A DNA stretch of 64,000 nt from Octopus vulgaris. Taxonomy: Eukaryota. A model generated the notes under the pieces. That model had not been told where the DNA came from and ran no database searches. It saw nothing but the letters and a program-made list of their open reading frames with translations. This document shows positions 12,601 through 27,089 of this stretch, piece by piece (positions within the stretch are counted from its first letter, which is position 1; each line of letters starts with the position of its first letter). The position numbers and the translations under genes were made by a program. The stretch covers positions 194,990,001 through 195,054,000 of the forward strand of contig OX597814.1 in the NCBI GenBank assembly GCA_951406725.2, written 5' to 3'.

Positions 12601-14883
12601 TGATATAAACTGCAAAACCTCTTGTTAGAACTATAAACTTCCGTAGCAGCATTTCTTGAACACTAAACAACGGTGCTCAGTGTCAAGTAAAACTATTGTG
12701 AACCAAAAAATTGAAATAATTATTTTATTCTTTTACTGTTTTAATTCACAATGGGTGTATCACCTTTGTTGCAGTTGATTATACCTACCCCCTGTACTTG
12801 GGTATTTATTTTTATTAAAATACAAATAAGTACCTGATAAGTACTTTCATCTTGGAGGATAAAAGGCCAAGCCAACAGCGTAAAAAGGAGGTAAACTATA
12901 TGGATCATAATGCCACAAAGATATTTTCATTTGAAGCATCAACATCCCATGGCAATAACACACACACACACACACACATCTAATACTTCCACCCCAGAAT
13001 AGGATGAAAGGCGATGTCAACCGAGGCAAGCTGGATGGATTGTAATACCACAGTTGATGCTTCAACATCCCATGCCAGTAATAGAAACAGTTATATACAT
13101 GCGCATACACACACACACGCATCTCTAAGAGGCCTTTGCACAACTTATGTGCACCTAGTTTCACCTAGCCAAGATGATGGCACAGTAGTATTGAACTGGG
13201 ACCATATAGTTACAAACTTAATTACATCTGTGCCTGCACGCGTTATATTCTATATTCCCAAGCAATTTATTTAGAGAGTAACCCTCCCCATAAAGTTTGT
13301 TTCAAATCTGCCTGTTTACAGTCAAATGTTGAAAACATAATTAATCAATGTGAACAAATAAAAAAAACAAGCATGAAAGTTGATAATAAAAAGGTGTTCA
13401 TTCTTAAGAATGAAGGCAAAGATAAAAACAAAAATAAACCTCTTAGAATTATTAACGAAAAGAAGTAAAATAAAGAAGCGAACAGTAACACATCAAAAGT
13501 CATTTGTGAAGGTTGCTTTCTCTTGAAATGTTAATAAAAGTGTGAAAAAAAGATAAGGGGGGAAGAGAGAGAAGATAATGTATGTTTTGATTGCTAACAA
13601 TTCCACTACAGCAATAGAGAGAGAGAGCTAACTAAAGTTAAAGCAAGCCATCTTAAAAGAAAATTACATGCACTACTGCAGTGATAATTACCACCCAGAG
13701 AAACCAAATGTAAAGAGGTGGGGCTTACAGAGGAAGCCACTAACATCAAAAGAACAGAAAATGAAGCTTTTTAAAATAAGTTCTACTTTATATTTATTGA
13801 GGATGGATTGAAGTGTTGATAACATGTTAACTTAAAAAAAAAAAAAAAGAAAAAGAAACTAATCTTAATTGTAAAACATGCAAATTGGAGATATAAAAAT
13901 CCTTTCAGCTTTCTTTATCACATACACCCAGCTTGAAATGAAAATAACTCTAAGTCATAAAAACATTAACCTAATATAACTAATTAAAAAAAAGAAAGAA
14001 AAAGAAACCCTTGCAGTTATTCTTTAAATTAGTAAAGTTACTTCTAACAAGGTGTTCTAAGAACCTGGCAATACCCAGCCCTTCCTGGTAAAGCTTGTCA
14101 AAATAGATATAAATCTTTGCCAAAGAAACAAAGTAAGATTTCTATTAAAATCTCTAACCCTAATCTTGAAACAAGTTTATAAGCTTCTGTATTAAATAAA
14201 AACAAGATTTGTGTATATTTCAAACCGAATTAATTCCAATGTCGAAGTAAACCGTTGTTTCATTTTTCTGGTTATTCATAAAGGGATCATAAGGACAATT
14301 ATTATGTCTTCGATAGGGCAACAATAGGTATCCGATTGAAGAATTAAGCGAAATAAAATGCAAGCAATTTGAAATTAGAACTGAACTGTAAGGTTATTTT
14401 CCAAATAAATATGAATGGCAGGTAGTTGTTCCCACCAAACACTCTGACTGGTTGCTTCACTGTTTCTTGTACTGCTAACTACAATGGTTTCCCCACTTCT
14501 CAGAGCTGGTTGGTCTCCTGCTGCAGCCTCTACAAATGTTCATCTAACACACTTGTCTCATCACCAATGCTAAATCTACTCCATCCAACTACCAACCTGC
14601 TCTAATAACTATTCCCAATATGTCAACTCTGCAATTCCTTCCTGCTACTGTTCAAGGTGAACATGACCATATCTACTTCGTTGATCTTCGAAGGTCTGCG
14701 AAAGCGATGGATGCGGCCTCTTTCACCGGGCCATAAAGACAAATCTTTTTTTATTAGAATCCCGACATTTTTATGTATTGTATACAATAAAGAGGTAAAA
14801 AATATTTTTGCACTACTTGGTGACAATCACCGAAAACCTAAAATACACATGCAGTCTACTTACCACGCATTAAGACTGAAGTA

Positions 14884-15055
14884 CCATATTTGATGGCATG
14901 AAAGACGCACCTTAATTTCAGCAGGGTATATTCAGGGAAAAAGTTTTCGTAAATTGAAATTTATGCGAGGCCCAATTACGCACACAGAACCCGGAGTAAT
15001 TTTCGAGACATTTTTAAAAAAACAGAAAGTGCGTCTTATGTGCCATCAAATACAG
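14884..15055. mobile_element. pogo/Tc2-like MITE
   Basis: TIR ccatatttgatggcatgaaagacgcac / gtgcgtcttatgtgccatcaaatacag, with TA on the 5' side. Confidence 0.75.
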
Positions 15056-15889
15056 TTAAGACCAAAGTATTACTGTATCTTTAACTAAGAATTTGAAATA
15101 AATATAGATTTATGGTGAAAGACAATATAACATAGTAGCATCATTAACAGAAAACTGATACAAACATGAAGAAGATTTCAATTTTGAGTATTTGTTTCTC
15201 CTGCAGTTCCACCCAGCTCTTAGTTGAGTTTTTTTTTTTTTTTTATATATTCCTCAACTGGAACGTTTTGCTGGATGTGTAATGTCAGTGCGCATGAACA
15301 AAGGCGCACAACTGTGCTGAGAGAATAACTTGGCATATATGATGACGACTATGACGAAATGATAATTGGGCGTAAAAGTCTCAAACTATGCAAGGAGCCT
15401 GCAGAAATAGGAAGACTGAAGACGACATGGGAAGAAATTGCGACTCTCAAAGAACTGCGAAAGGGATTGTGTTGAAATGAAATTAACCTGTCCCGACATG
15501 GAAAAGTGGACATTAATGAAAATCTGTATAAATTCTTGAAATCTTACAGAGCGAGAGAGACAAATAGAACAAATTTCAACTGAAGGATAACACATTTTCC
15601 TATTAAATCACCAAGATAGACGTAACATATTAAGACTTTAAATAAGAATTACTTTCATCTTTGAAAGTACATAGCAACCAGAAATCGACATTTTAATAGA
15701 GTACATGACAGCTGGAAAATTACTTATAAATTTAACACGAAGCTCGTTAATGGAAATGCAGCGATTCTTTCTGCAGAAAGAAAAAAAAATTCCTCTATGT
15801 TATCAGGCTACTAAATTTGTGCGATTCCATATATACACATACATACGTGTGTGCATGCGCACTTAAGCCTTTCTACTAAATGCATAAAG

Positions 15890-16082
15890 CCGGAAATTAG
15901 GTGGGAGTGGACTAACCGATTACACTGATCCCAGCGTTTCGCTGGTACTTAATTTATCAACCCTGAAAGGATGAAAGGCATAGTTGACCTTGGTTGAATT
16001 TGAACTCAAAATGTAGCGATGGGTGAAGTACCACCGAGCATTTCGCCCAGCGTGCTAACGATTCTGCCAGCTCCGCCGCCTT
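15890..16082 (-). mobile_element. SINE family B
   Basis: Reverse copy ending ...ctgccagctccgccgcc. Confidence 0.8.
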
Positions 16083-16289
16083 TTGTCAAGTTATATAGCA
16101 AAAACAATTTCACATTAAACTGTTTGAATTATTCAATACTCTTTGTAGAATACATATTTATTATATTTTTTGACAGTAACTTTGAAGTTTTGACCTGCTT
16201 TGTATTCAGTCAGACAGTCTCATGCAGGCTACGCAGGGCAAAACTTCAAAGTCATTTCAAAACTATCTTTGTTACAGAATAAATATATA

Positions 16290-16522
16290 TATATTTCTTT
16301 GCTACCCACAAGGGGCTAAACATAGTGAGGACAAACAAGGACAGACAAACGGATTAAGTCGATTACATCGACACCAGTGCGTAACCAGTACTTAATTTAT
16401 CGACCCCGAAAGGATGAAAGGCAAAGTCGACCTCGGCGGAATTTGAACTCGGAATGTAACGGCTGACGAAATACGGCTACGCATTTCACCCAGCATGCTA
16501 ATGTTTCTGCCAGCTTGCCTTT
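16290..16522 (-). mobile_element. SINE family B
   Basis: Full reverse copy. Confidence 0.88.
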
Positions 16523-17603
16523 TAAAGAATAAACATATACACACAAACACATATACGTAAGATACTCCCAAACTTTAGAAATTTAACTAATTACCTGTGC
16601 TGTTGTTACTAAGGCCAGTTTAACAAATATATTAAATATATTAATATGTATACACAAACATCTGATTAGTTTTTCTGTTGTTATTGAAAAAATAGGTTTG
16701 ACTGTTTAGCATTCTGATTATCAGATGTAATGTTTATTTATTCATGTTGTTCTGAATTACTCATGCATTATATCGCAGCTTTGTGATTTTGATGATGTGA
16801 TTGTTTACTATTAGAATAACATTGTCGTATAGGTGTGAGAGGCCAGATATGGCTAGCTTTAACAATACAAAAAGGTAGAATACTTGAGCCCGATATGGCT
16901 GCGAAAGAATTAAAATTTTATGTCGGACACTTATTTTTTAAGATCAGTCTATATCTAGCAGTAGATGCATACATCAGGTCCATGAAGCTACACTCTAGAC
17001 TAATTCAAGCATGGACTTACATGTAGGTGGCTTTTAATTTTATGAGAACTACAGAATTTCTGTAGCAGAGCAGATGTGGTAAAGAACTACTTTCTAGTAG
17101 TAGTACTATTTAGAAGGCCAACCACTTTATATAAAATTACTGTTGATTAGATCTAGTTTAGTCCACTCACACAACTAACCTTCAAGACTCAGTGTAAATA
17201 TTCTATTTTATAAAGGTCAGAGCAAACAAGGTGGTTCAGCTGAGTCAACGCATGGGCTACATTAGTGCTTGTTCCTTCCCTTTGATAAATTTCTATTAGG
17301 TCAAACTTTATTTTGCACTTGTGAGGTGAGAATGTAGTTGTTCAATAAGACAGCAGTCTTTATAGATTAATGACCATGTGTATGAATAAAATTAAACAGT
17401 CACACAGTAGGAGTGGCCTCTGGTTTCTAGCTGTGCAAAAAGAATTACACTATTTTATGTACAAGTTTTTTTTTATTTAGTATGATAATAAAGGAAATTC
17501 AAAATTTTATGAGATCTCTCTAGGAAAAAAATCATGACCTCAACTCATTGTGACCCTACCGGATCTAAATGGAGGATGGTATGGATAAGGGAGATGAGAT
17601 TAA

Positions 17604-17842
17604 GGTAGCCAGCTGGCAGAATTGTTAGTACACCGGGCGAAGGGCGAAATGCGTAGCAGTATTTCGTCTGCCGTTACGTTCGAGTTCAAATTCCGCCGAG
17701 GTCAACTCTGCCTTTCATCCTTTCGGGGTTGACAAATTAAGTACCAGTTACGCACTGAGGCCGATGTAATTGACTTAATCCGTATGTCTGTCCTTGTTTG
17801 TCCTCTCTGTGTTTAGCCCCTTGTGGGTAGTAAAGAAATAGG
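17604..17842 (+). mobile_element. SINE family B with long TSD
   Basis: Flanking direct repeat ggtatggataagggagatgag. Confidence 0.9.
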
Positions 17843-17979
17843 TATGGATAAGGGAGATGAGCATATCCAGATTAGTGTCCTGCAGGAAAACTGGAGTGAA
17901 AAGATTATGTAATTGTTAGGATAAGTGTCTTTATAAGCAACAGATGAAGTAATTTACAGTAAGAGGACCACTTTATCCA

Positions 17980-18243
17980 AGCGCCGCCTCCACTGGCCTC
18001 CATGCCGGTGGCACGTAAAAATCACCAACCGATCGTGGCCGTTGCCAGCCTCGCCTGGCACCTGGCACGTAAAAAGCACCCACTACACTCATGGAGTGGT
18101 TGATGTTAGGAAGGGCATCCAGCTGTAGAAACACTGCCAGATCAAGATTGGAGCCTGGTGCAGCCTCCCTGGCTTCTCAGACCCCAGTTGAACCGTCCAA
18201 CCCATGCTAGCATGGAAAGCGGACGTTAAATTATGATGATGAT
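17980..18243 (+). mobile_element. Family C retroposon
   Basis: ggtggcacgtaaaaa internal repeats, aggaagggcatccagc, (GAT)n tail. Confidence 0.8.
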
Positions 18244-18967
18244 AGAGTATGGTTTGAGGGAGATTTAGCAGCAATATCTAGGAGGTGAAACTACTATGTA
18301 GAAGCTATCTCACTGGTTCACTAGGGTTATATGAAGAAAGGACATATCTCAGGTGAAAGTACATTGACTTTACAGTAAAAAAAAAAAAAGAAAATTGGAG
18401 TCATATACTATGAAATTTACAGAATACATTAGGGAACATGGTGAATGCTCTCACTGATGGAAGGGGTCAGAACATTGGACTTAATAGGGTGAAAGAGAAA
18501 TGGTGAACTGCATTATGTTTGTATATGGAACTAGTAGGTGATGGAGAAGTTGTTGACAAAAACGAGACTACCTATCTAAGAGCATCAGTTTAGTGTCCAC
18601 ATTTTCCATGCTTGCATGGACTGGAGGGATTTTATTGAGGCCGATTTTCTACAGCTGAATGCTCTTCCTGTCACCAACCCTTACCTGTTGTTTCCAAGCA
18701 AGGTAAATATTTCCCCATGGCTAGACATGATTCTGCAAAGTACTGGAAGTGAATGACACTGCTTATATGACAGTGAACACAACACAACATCAACACAACA
18801 CACAATGAGTTTCTTTCAGTTTGTTTACCAAATCCATCCACAAGGCTTTGGTTGGCTCAGGGCCACAATAGAAGGCACTTTGCCCATGGTACCATACAAC
18901 GGGGCTGAACCTGAAACCATGTGGTTGGGAAGCAAATTTCTTAACCATACAACAACCTTTCACATTA

Positions 18968-19006
<39 letters not shown>

Positions 19007-19822
19007 CAAAATTAGCAACAAGGATATCCAGAGGTAATGCAGTACAATATCCTTGTTGCTTATTTTGATTGTAATCACCGAATTTTGAATTATATGGATA
19101 ATACCATACTAAATTCTGGTACCATATTCAACTGAATCTAAATTTTACCGAACTTATATATATATTTCACATGATACTTTGGCAAGTATATATGTGTGTG
19201 TGTGTATTATGTGAAAGGTTTGGTTGAATACTACATACCACAAATTTCACGGAAAAGAAGGTGCAAGAAAGTATTTTACGACTATTTGAATAACCAGGCT
19301 TGGTCAAATTGAATTTGATTCGTCACTACAGATTTAGTGAAATTCCGATCGTATAAAGCAATGAAGATCCATTATTGATGAAATCATACAAACTTCAGAA
19401 AATATTTGTATTATTTTGCCTCACAATACAGAAACACACACACGAAAATCGAAGCTTAAAACGAAAACAAAACAAAAAAACCCCCATGTACCATCATTTA
19501 CACCGTTGGCATCTAATCAAAGTTTGTTTCAGGGTCTACGGCCATGCTAGGGCACCACTTTGAAGGGTTTAATTGAACAAATCGACCCAGTACTTTTTTT
19601 TAAAAAAGCCTCGAACTTATTGTATCGGTCTCCTTTGCTGAAGCTCTAGGTTACGGGAAATTAAAAACAAGCAACATCAATTGCCGAGTGGTGGTGGACA
19701 ACCCCCTAAAACAGAGGATTTTTTTTCAGTTTCCGTCTGGTAAAGCCACTCACAAAGCTTTGGTTGGTCAGGGGCTTAGTAGGGGGCACTTGTCCAAGGT
19801 ATTAAGGTTAGAAACTATTTAA

Positions 19823-19864
<42 letters not shown>

Positions 19865-22281
19865 CGAGTAATGTAACATATTATTTTATAGATAAATTTC
19901 CTCTATTTACATAATATTGAGGTCTCTTTCTTTCTTTTGTTATCTTACCGTTTTACCTCTATATATATATATATATATATAGTGCTTGGAGTGTTCAGTT
20001 CACTCTAATTAAACCGATTTTAATTTCAATCAAAATTCATGTTTGATACATTTTCTCTCTAGCTGTGGAGTGATAGAAAGCAATAAGAAGATTAATTAAG
20101 TTCGAGTACTTTGCTTATATTTCATATCAGAAAAATATTAAAATAAACAAACACACACACACACATCAGGAAAATATTAAAATAAACAAACACACACATA
20201 TGAGAGAGATTAAATATTTTCTAACCTAATATTTTATATTAAAGATCCATCCGACTTTAGTCCTACTTCTAAAACGAACCATTTCTGTATCGGTTTATAA
20301 CAAATTTATTTACAAAAACTTTTTTTTCGAAAACTGATTAATGAAGTTAATAACTAAGTTGATTTAATTAATATTGGAGCTTTTAACTATAAATCAAATC
20401 ATCCGTCATGATTATGTATGTAGAAAGACAATTATGAAATAGATTGGATTAGTACAAAATCTCACCATTCTGATCTGTTACTAACTGAATGGAAACTATT
20501 AAATATTGTAACAACATCAAAATATGGGGAAATCTATTTTGAAAAAAAAAATAATAACCACACTTGTTCATAAACAATCTCACCAATTATTTGTTTATAC
20601 ATATTGTAAATCAGCATTTAAGTTAACCAAATTAATGTAATTCACACATTTTTTTTGTTATTTTAATTTTGTAATGTTATATATATTTTTTCTTTTCTTT
20701 CTTTTTGTTGAGAATACATTCTTCACTAAGGAATGACTATCGTTATTGACAAAGAAAACACGAAATTCAACAAATGAAGGAATGAGAGAGAGAGAGATGT
20801 GCAATTATATATCTTTCTTCTTCTACTCAATAAAACGACTATCTCTGGAGATAGGCACGAAAATGACCACCACCCAAAGCTACCCCAGTTTTCCTATTAC
20901 AAAAGTATAATACTAATAATACTTGTAATACTACTATAGTATTGCTAAACAGCTCTGACACACAGTCACAACCCAGCCAACATTCAATAAACAGAGTAAA
21001 TAAATATACATACACGTCTTGCTTGTTGTAGAAAGCACCATATTTGTTAGGAAGGGAAGGAGAGAGAGAGAGAAAGAGAGAGAGAAGGGAAAGAAAAATG
21101 GGTAAATATGGCTGAAGATAGTTGAAATCAGATGAAAAAAATGCCAATAATGTCCGTATATGTTATTTATTCAATGATAAAGAGTAAAAAAAAAATACAA
21201 ATCCAGTATGAATAAGTACCAGTAGGTCAGTCAAAAGTCAACCCACCCCCAACTAGTACGATTTTTAGTCATGGCTATCGGAAGTAGCCATGATTGGTCC
21301 TAACAGACACACACACACACACAGCTAACTCGATATTAGCTTGAATGTCATTTCTTCGAAATTAAAACAACCATTCACCACCATGCTATAATAATAGTCA
21401 GTGTGGAAGCCTCTTCGTGGTGCTCGAGATTATTATATATATAATAATAATACATACACACAGTAAAATCTTCTTCCTTATATCATACCCTGTTCATGGT
21501 TGCTGGAAACGCCTTTGCTATATATCAAGAGTGGAGTGACCTGGTTAAAACGACAACTAGCCAGTCGTAGATAAACTATGTCTATCGCAATCTGGGTTTC
21601 AATTCCTAGTCGTAGCTATTTCATTTCACTTAATTTCAATAAAAACGGGGAAAGAGTGAACCCACACCGTGGTCGCTCGACCTGCTAGAAACAGCAGCCA
21701 ATTCTCCCATAACTACTCTTTTCTTAAAAAAAAAGAATAAAATGGAGCATATCTGATATTGTAGTTCTATGTATTCAATGTAAAAAACAAAAAGCACCAA
21801 AAACAGATAGCCATGAATTGACCTAGGGTCAAATAATTATACCTTAAGATCGACCAATTTTCTTATTGAGTTGTAAAGGTATTTTAAACCCTTAACTTTT
21901 CTTCATTTATCAAAAACGTTTTGCTAACTAATTATTATTATTATGAAAGCTTGACCACTACAGGATAGGAGCATTATTTAACCCTTAATTCAGCAGATCT
22001 AGAATGATTAAAAGCGTTCCAGCATTGACCATCCCATTCTCTCTCTTTTTTTTCCTTTTCTTACTGAATGAAACATTGCCTAGGACTACCTACCCTGCAT
22101 ACATTCCTCCTCTTTTGATGATAGGGTAAGATCTGAGGAGACTTTGGGTACTATTTCCAGTAGATCGATTGACCACGTACAGGTTCCCTTCGAAGTATCG
22201 GATACGTCAGAAGTGCCAATACAAAAAACTGCCCTTCAAATGGGCATGAACGCCACAAACTCCTTACCTTATCAAAAGAAC

Positions 22282-22314
<33 letters not shown>

Positions 22315-22340
22315 GCAGTTCTTGTATATTAAGTAGTGGG

Positions 22341-22400
<60 letters not shown>

Positions 22401-22978
22401 GATCACTTGGTGGCAATTTGAAATATCGGAATGTTACCATAATGTTTAGGTGACACACGACTGAACTGCTGTTTTTCTAGGTCCAAATTGAGCCCTTTTA
22501 CGATCGATTTAAGCGATAGAAGTCCTTTCTCCATGAATGAACGATGATAATATTAACAAAGGAAAAAAAAAGCTTTTGATGATATTCCCTCTTTCCCATT
22601 TTCTCATTAACGTGAAAATTAGCAATGATTCACGTGTCTTCAGCTTCTAATGTACAAACTTAATGGTAATCAAGTGCAGTTTTAGTTCTTTTGTCAACAT
22701 CCAACGCGTACCAATGCATCATATATATACATATATACACACAAAAGATTACATAATTTTATGAGGGCGAAGGGAAAAGAGGAAGAAATATTTTAAAGAT
22801 AACAATGAGGATTTAATAAAGAAGCGAAACATGCACAAATATAGAATTATGTAGGTAACGGCTACCTGGTAACCAAAGGCTAAAAACAGATACAACAAAA
22901 CCTCTTTAAAAAAACCCCATTCCAACTATAAATACATGTGTCTTTAAAGCTGTGGTCATGCTGGGACAATATATATAT

Positions 22979-23142
22979 GAGGGAAATCACTATGTGGACA
23001 CCCTTATGCTAGAAATAGATCCGCTATGGTCTTACAACTAAGAAATGTTCTCAAGAAAAAATTAGCAAAACAGAACATTTCTTAGTGAAGACCACAGCGG
23101 ATCTATTTCTAGCATAAGGGTGTCCACATAGTGGTTTACCTC
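22979..23142. mobile_element. Foldback MITE (~72-bp inverted arms), unclassified
   Basis: gagggaaatcactatgtggacacccttatgctagaaatagatccgc... is mirrored by ...gcggatctatttctagcataagggtgtccacatagtggtttacctc. Confidence 0.8.
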
Positions 23143-24810
23143 TAATATGTGTATATTACAATTTTACTGAACCTTCAGTTTTTTTATATGCTAGACCACT
23201 GGTGTGAAATCGATGTTAATTAAATTAATTAAATTAATATCTAATTTCTCACATTAATTTAAATATATATATATATATATATATAGTTACCAATCAACTG
23301 TTCTCAAAACAGTTAGCGACCCTGATTAAAGAATTTCAAGAAATTGAAAATTAATATTTTAGTTAATCATCGTTTGTAGACAATTGACCCCTACTAACAT
23401 GCTTCGATACATGTGTGTGTGTGTATTTATAATTTGAGTCTAACATCTACCAAACCATGCATATTGCCGGATGTTCTTTTTTGTGGAGGCTGATTTTCAA
23501 CAGCCAGATGCCCAGGTGCCCTTCCTGTTGTCAACCCATACCACTCACACACACATAGTATAGACACCAAACGACATCAACGTTTAATAGATCACTCAAG
23601 TGCAAGGTGCTTGCAAGGAAAACCCAGCCATTCTCCCTAAACATCAAGTGAAAAGATGAATTCCTAATGTCTCGAAATTATCTCCCTTTACTTTGAGAAT
23701 CGCCAACAATTAACTGTTATTCTGTCTCCTACTTTTTCATGGGAGATTTTAATTATGAATGCTTGCATGTCAATTTATTAAGCATATTAAACCCAGAACT
23801 CACCCAAGTTCATCTGGGGGTTTCATGAGTTAATTGCCCGATGTCTCTCCTTCCCTCTTCGTTTAATTTAACATCGAGTTTAAACTGAACGATTGATAAC
23901 TCAGTACCTTTTGTAGAGTACATATTTATTTATTATTTTTTAACAAGAATGTCGACAGTGACCTCGAAGTCTTGGCCTGCTTTAACTTACATCGGAGAGT
24001 TCGATAAAGGGATAAGCATGCCGAAATTTCGACGTCACTTGTCAACAGTATTCTGTCAGTGTAAAAAATATAAAAGCAAATTTATTTATTACTGGTTGAA
24101 AACTTTCGCTAAGTCTTCTTGTAAAAAAAAAAACTCATGTTAACTGACCTAAACAGGCATGAAATACAATCAGACAAGAAACATGTTCACAGTTATCTCC
24201 TTTACCTGTAAACACAGATTAGATCCCCACTCCTGTCAAACATGTAAATTAAACTTCGAGTGATTAATCCTTAATTGCTTGAAATTATGTCTCCCTTCAA
24301 CCGAAGAGAAATTTTTTATGAGATTTTTTCTTCTTTTTGTGTCTAACAGTATTTAGTACGAGTTCTCATTTGAGTTATTTACTCTTTGTATTTCAATGTA
24401 TGGCATGAAAATAGAACACCACCAAAATAGTTGAATGTTTACCTAAATATGTCATAAGGTAATTCTGCGTGTATGAAATTAGTCTTTCTGCATTAAATAC
24501 AAACGATAAAAATAAAATAAATATAATACAAATAAGAACCAATGTAGTTAGGGTGGCAGTTTTATGGTCTAAATGGTTATTCATTGCTGCACAGTAAATT
24601 AAACATACATGCATGTGATGTGAACTGTGCAATAATTTATATCCATAAAAATAACACTTGTCTCTTTTACCTCTCGTGTACGCATATATATATATATATA
24701 TATTTCATATGAAACTACAGGTGTAGTTGAAAGCGTTAATATAAAGAAATAATATGTGATATGTAAATAAATATTTTTACAACCATCCAGCATTCTGAAC
24801 ACCATTTTTC

Positions 24811-24867
<57 letters not shown>

Positions 24868-25055
24868 CACACACACACACGTGTGACTATGCGTAAAATG
24901 TAAGACAGACAAGTTGTAGTCAGGAAAATAAAAAAGTAGGATAGCATTTTCACGGTCCAAATCAGTTATGTTCATCATTCAGAAGATTTAAACACACATA
25001 GATTTACAGTGTGCAATTATCTGGCTTCATAAAAAACACAATTTATAATAATATG

Positions 25056-25113
<58 letters not shown>

Positions 25114-25406
25114 TGAAAATATGTGAGACCCAAATTTGAAAATATAAATAAAACACACGCTTTAAATCATATTCGTCGGATTGTTCTGATTATATACAAT
25201 ACAATACAATACACATACACGACTGTATCATATTCTAAATATATTATACAGGTAATCTTAACATAAATCGCAACAGAGATCAACAACACGAGATTGTTGA
25301 TAAGACACACACATACATACATTAATATACATTTATAGTTTAAAGTTATTTACAATTGCTGACAATTCACATATTTACAACCAAAATAAACTGTGTTATC
25401 AATATT

Positions 25407-25667
25407 TGTAATACAGAAATAGAGATAGTTTTATATTAGTTTTCTTAGTATATATATGCATAAATATTATGTATAATTAGGACCCTGGGAGTAGAATATA
25501 CACCCTGCCTGTATGTATACATGTATGTGTGTGTATATATATATATATATATAAACTCAATTAGTGGAAAGTGTATTGAGGAATAAGATCGACAATGTAA
25601 TTATAAACATTATATATAATTAAGACCCTGGAGTAGAATATACACCCTGTCTGTATGTATACATGTA

Positions 25668-25719
<52 letters not shown>

Positions 25720-26632
25720 TATACATGTGTATATATATATATATAAACTCAATTAGTGGAAGGTGTATTGAGGAATAAGATCGACAATGTAATTATAAAT
25801 ATATATAATTAGGACCCTGGAGTAGAATATACACCCTGTCTGTGTGTATACATGTGTATATATATTTATAAACTCAATTTGTGGAAGGTGTATTGAGGGA
25901 TAAAATCGACAATGTTATTATAAATACAGAAATAGAGATAGTTTATTTGTTTTCTCAGCATATATGCATAAATATTATGTATAATTAGGACCCTGGAGTA
26001 GAATATACACCCTGTCTGTATGTATACATGTATATGTATAGATATATATATATATATTTATAAACTCAATTAGTGGAACGTGTATTGAGGAATAAGATCG
26101 ACATGGTAATTATAAATACAGAAATAGAGATAGTTTCCCAGTATATATACATAAATATTATATGTAATTAGGACCCTGGAGTAGAATATACACCCTGTCT
26201 GTATGTACACATGTATATATATATATATATATATAAATATATTTATAAACTCAATTTGTGGAAGGTGTATTGAGGGATAAAATCGACAATGTAATTATAA
26301 ATACAGAAATAGATATATATATATAGATATTATATATAATTAGGACCCTGGAGTAGAATATACACCCTGTCTGTATGTATACATGTATATATATATTTAT
26401 AAACTCAATTTGTGGAAGGTGTATTGAGGAATAAGATCGACAATGTAATTATAAATACAGAAATAGAGATAGTTTCCCAGTATATATACATAAATATTAT
26501 ATGTAATTAGGACCCTGGAGTAGAATATACACCCTGTCTGTATGTATGTATACATGTATATGTATAGATATTTATAATCTCAATTTGTGTAAGGTGTATT
26601 TGAGGAATAAGATCGACAATGTAATTATAATA
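25407..26632. repeat. Tandem repeat, 7 units of 143-189 bp with embedded variable (TA)n
   Basis: gaccctgg(g)agtagaatatacaccctg at 25481, 25624, 25813, 25989, 26172, 26344 and 26511. Confidence 0.95.
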
Positions 26633-26790
26633 ATAGGGAATAGAAGGGAGGGGTGGAAAAAAAAGAAGACATCTCGGTGAACTGGCCATTATAGTAAAAG
26701 AGGGGGGGGAGAGATGTGGACTGAAAACGGTGAAACGATTGACCAGAGAGAGAGGAGAGGAGAGGAAGAGATGAGGAGGACAAAACTCAC

Positions 26791-26985
26791 CGAAAAAGAC
26801 ACTCAAGCAGACGTTCTCCTCAACGGGCGGGAGAAAGGTTGAAGAGAGCGGAATTTAAGATATATGTTTTAAAAAAAAAAAAGCAATAAATTCCTGGATA
26901 CCCTGTACGAAATCCAAAAGAAACCGGAGACTCTCTGTCTGCTTCAAATGCAGATTCCAATAGAAAATACCAAGATGGCGTTGAT
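26791..26985 (-). other. Putative non-coding first exon of the minus-strand gene
   Basis: Consensus donor CG|GTGAGT at 26790, no ATG on the minus strand, local CpG enrichment, YY1 motif at the 5' end; the start is approximate. Confidence 0.55.
26971..26980. promoter_or_regulatory. YY1-type motif CAAGATGGCG
   Basis: Matches the YY1 consensus typically found near metazoan housekeeping TSSs. Confidence 0.5.
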
Positions 26986-27089
26986 AAAAACTCTTATTGT
27001 TGTTGTTAGGGCTGCTGCTGCTGAGTTGTGCATTACCTCCTCCCCTTCCTTTCTACACTTCTACTCTTTCTCTTTCTCCTGTTCTTAAA

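Noticed and set aside
25407-26632. CRISPR-like repeat/spacer appearance
   Set aside because: The spacers are microsatellite variants rather than unique sequences, the units are too long, there are no cas genes and the DNA is eukaryotic.
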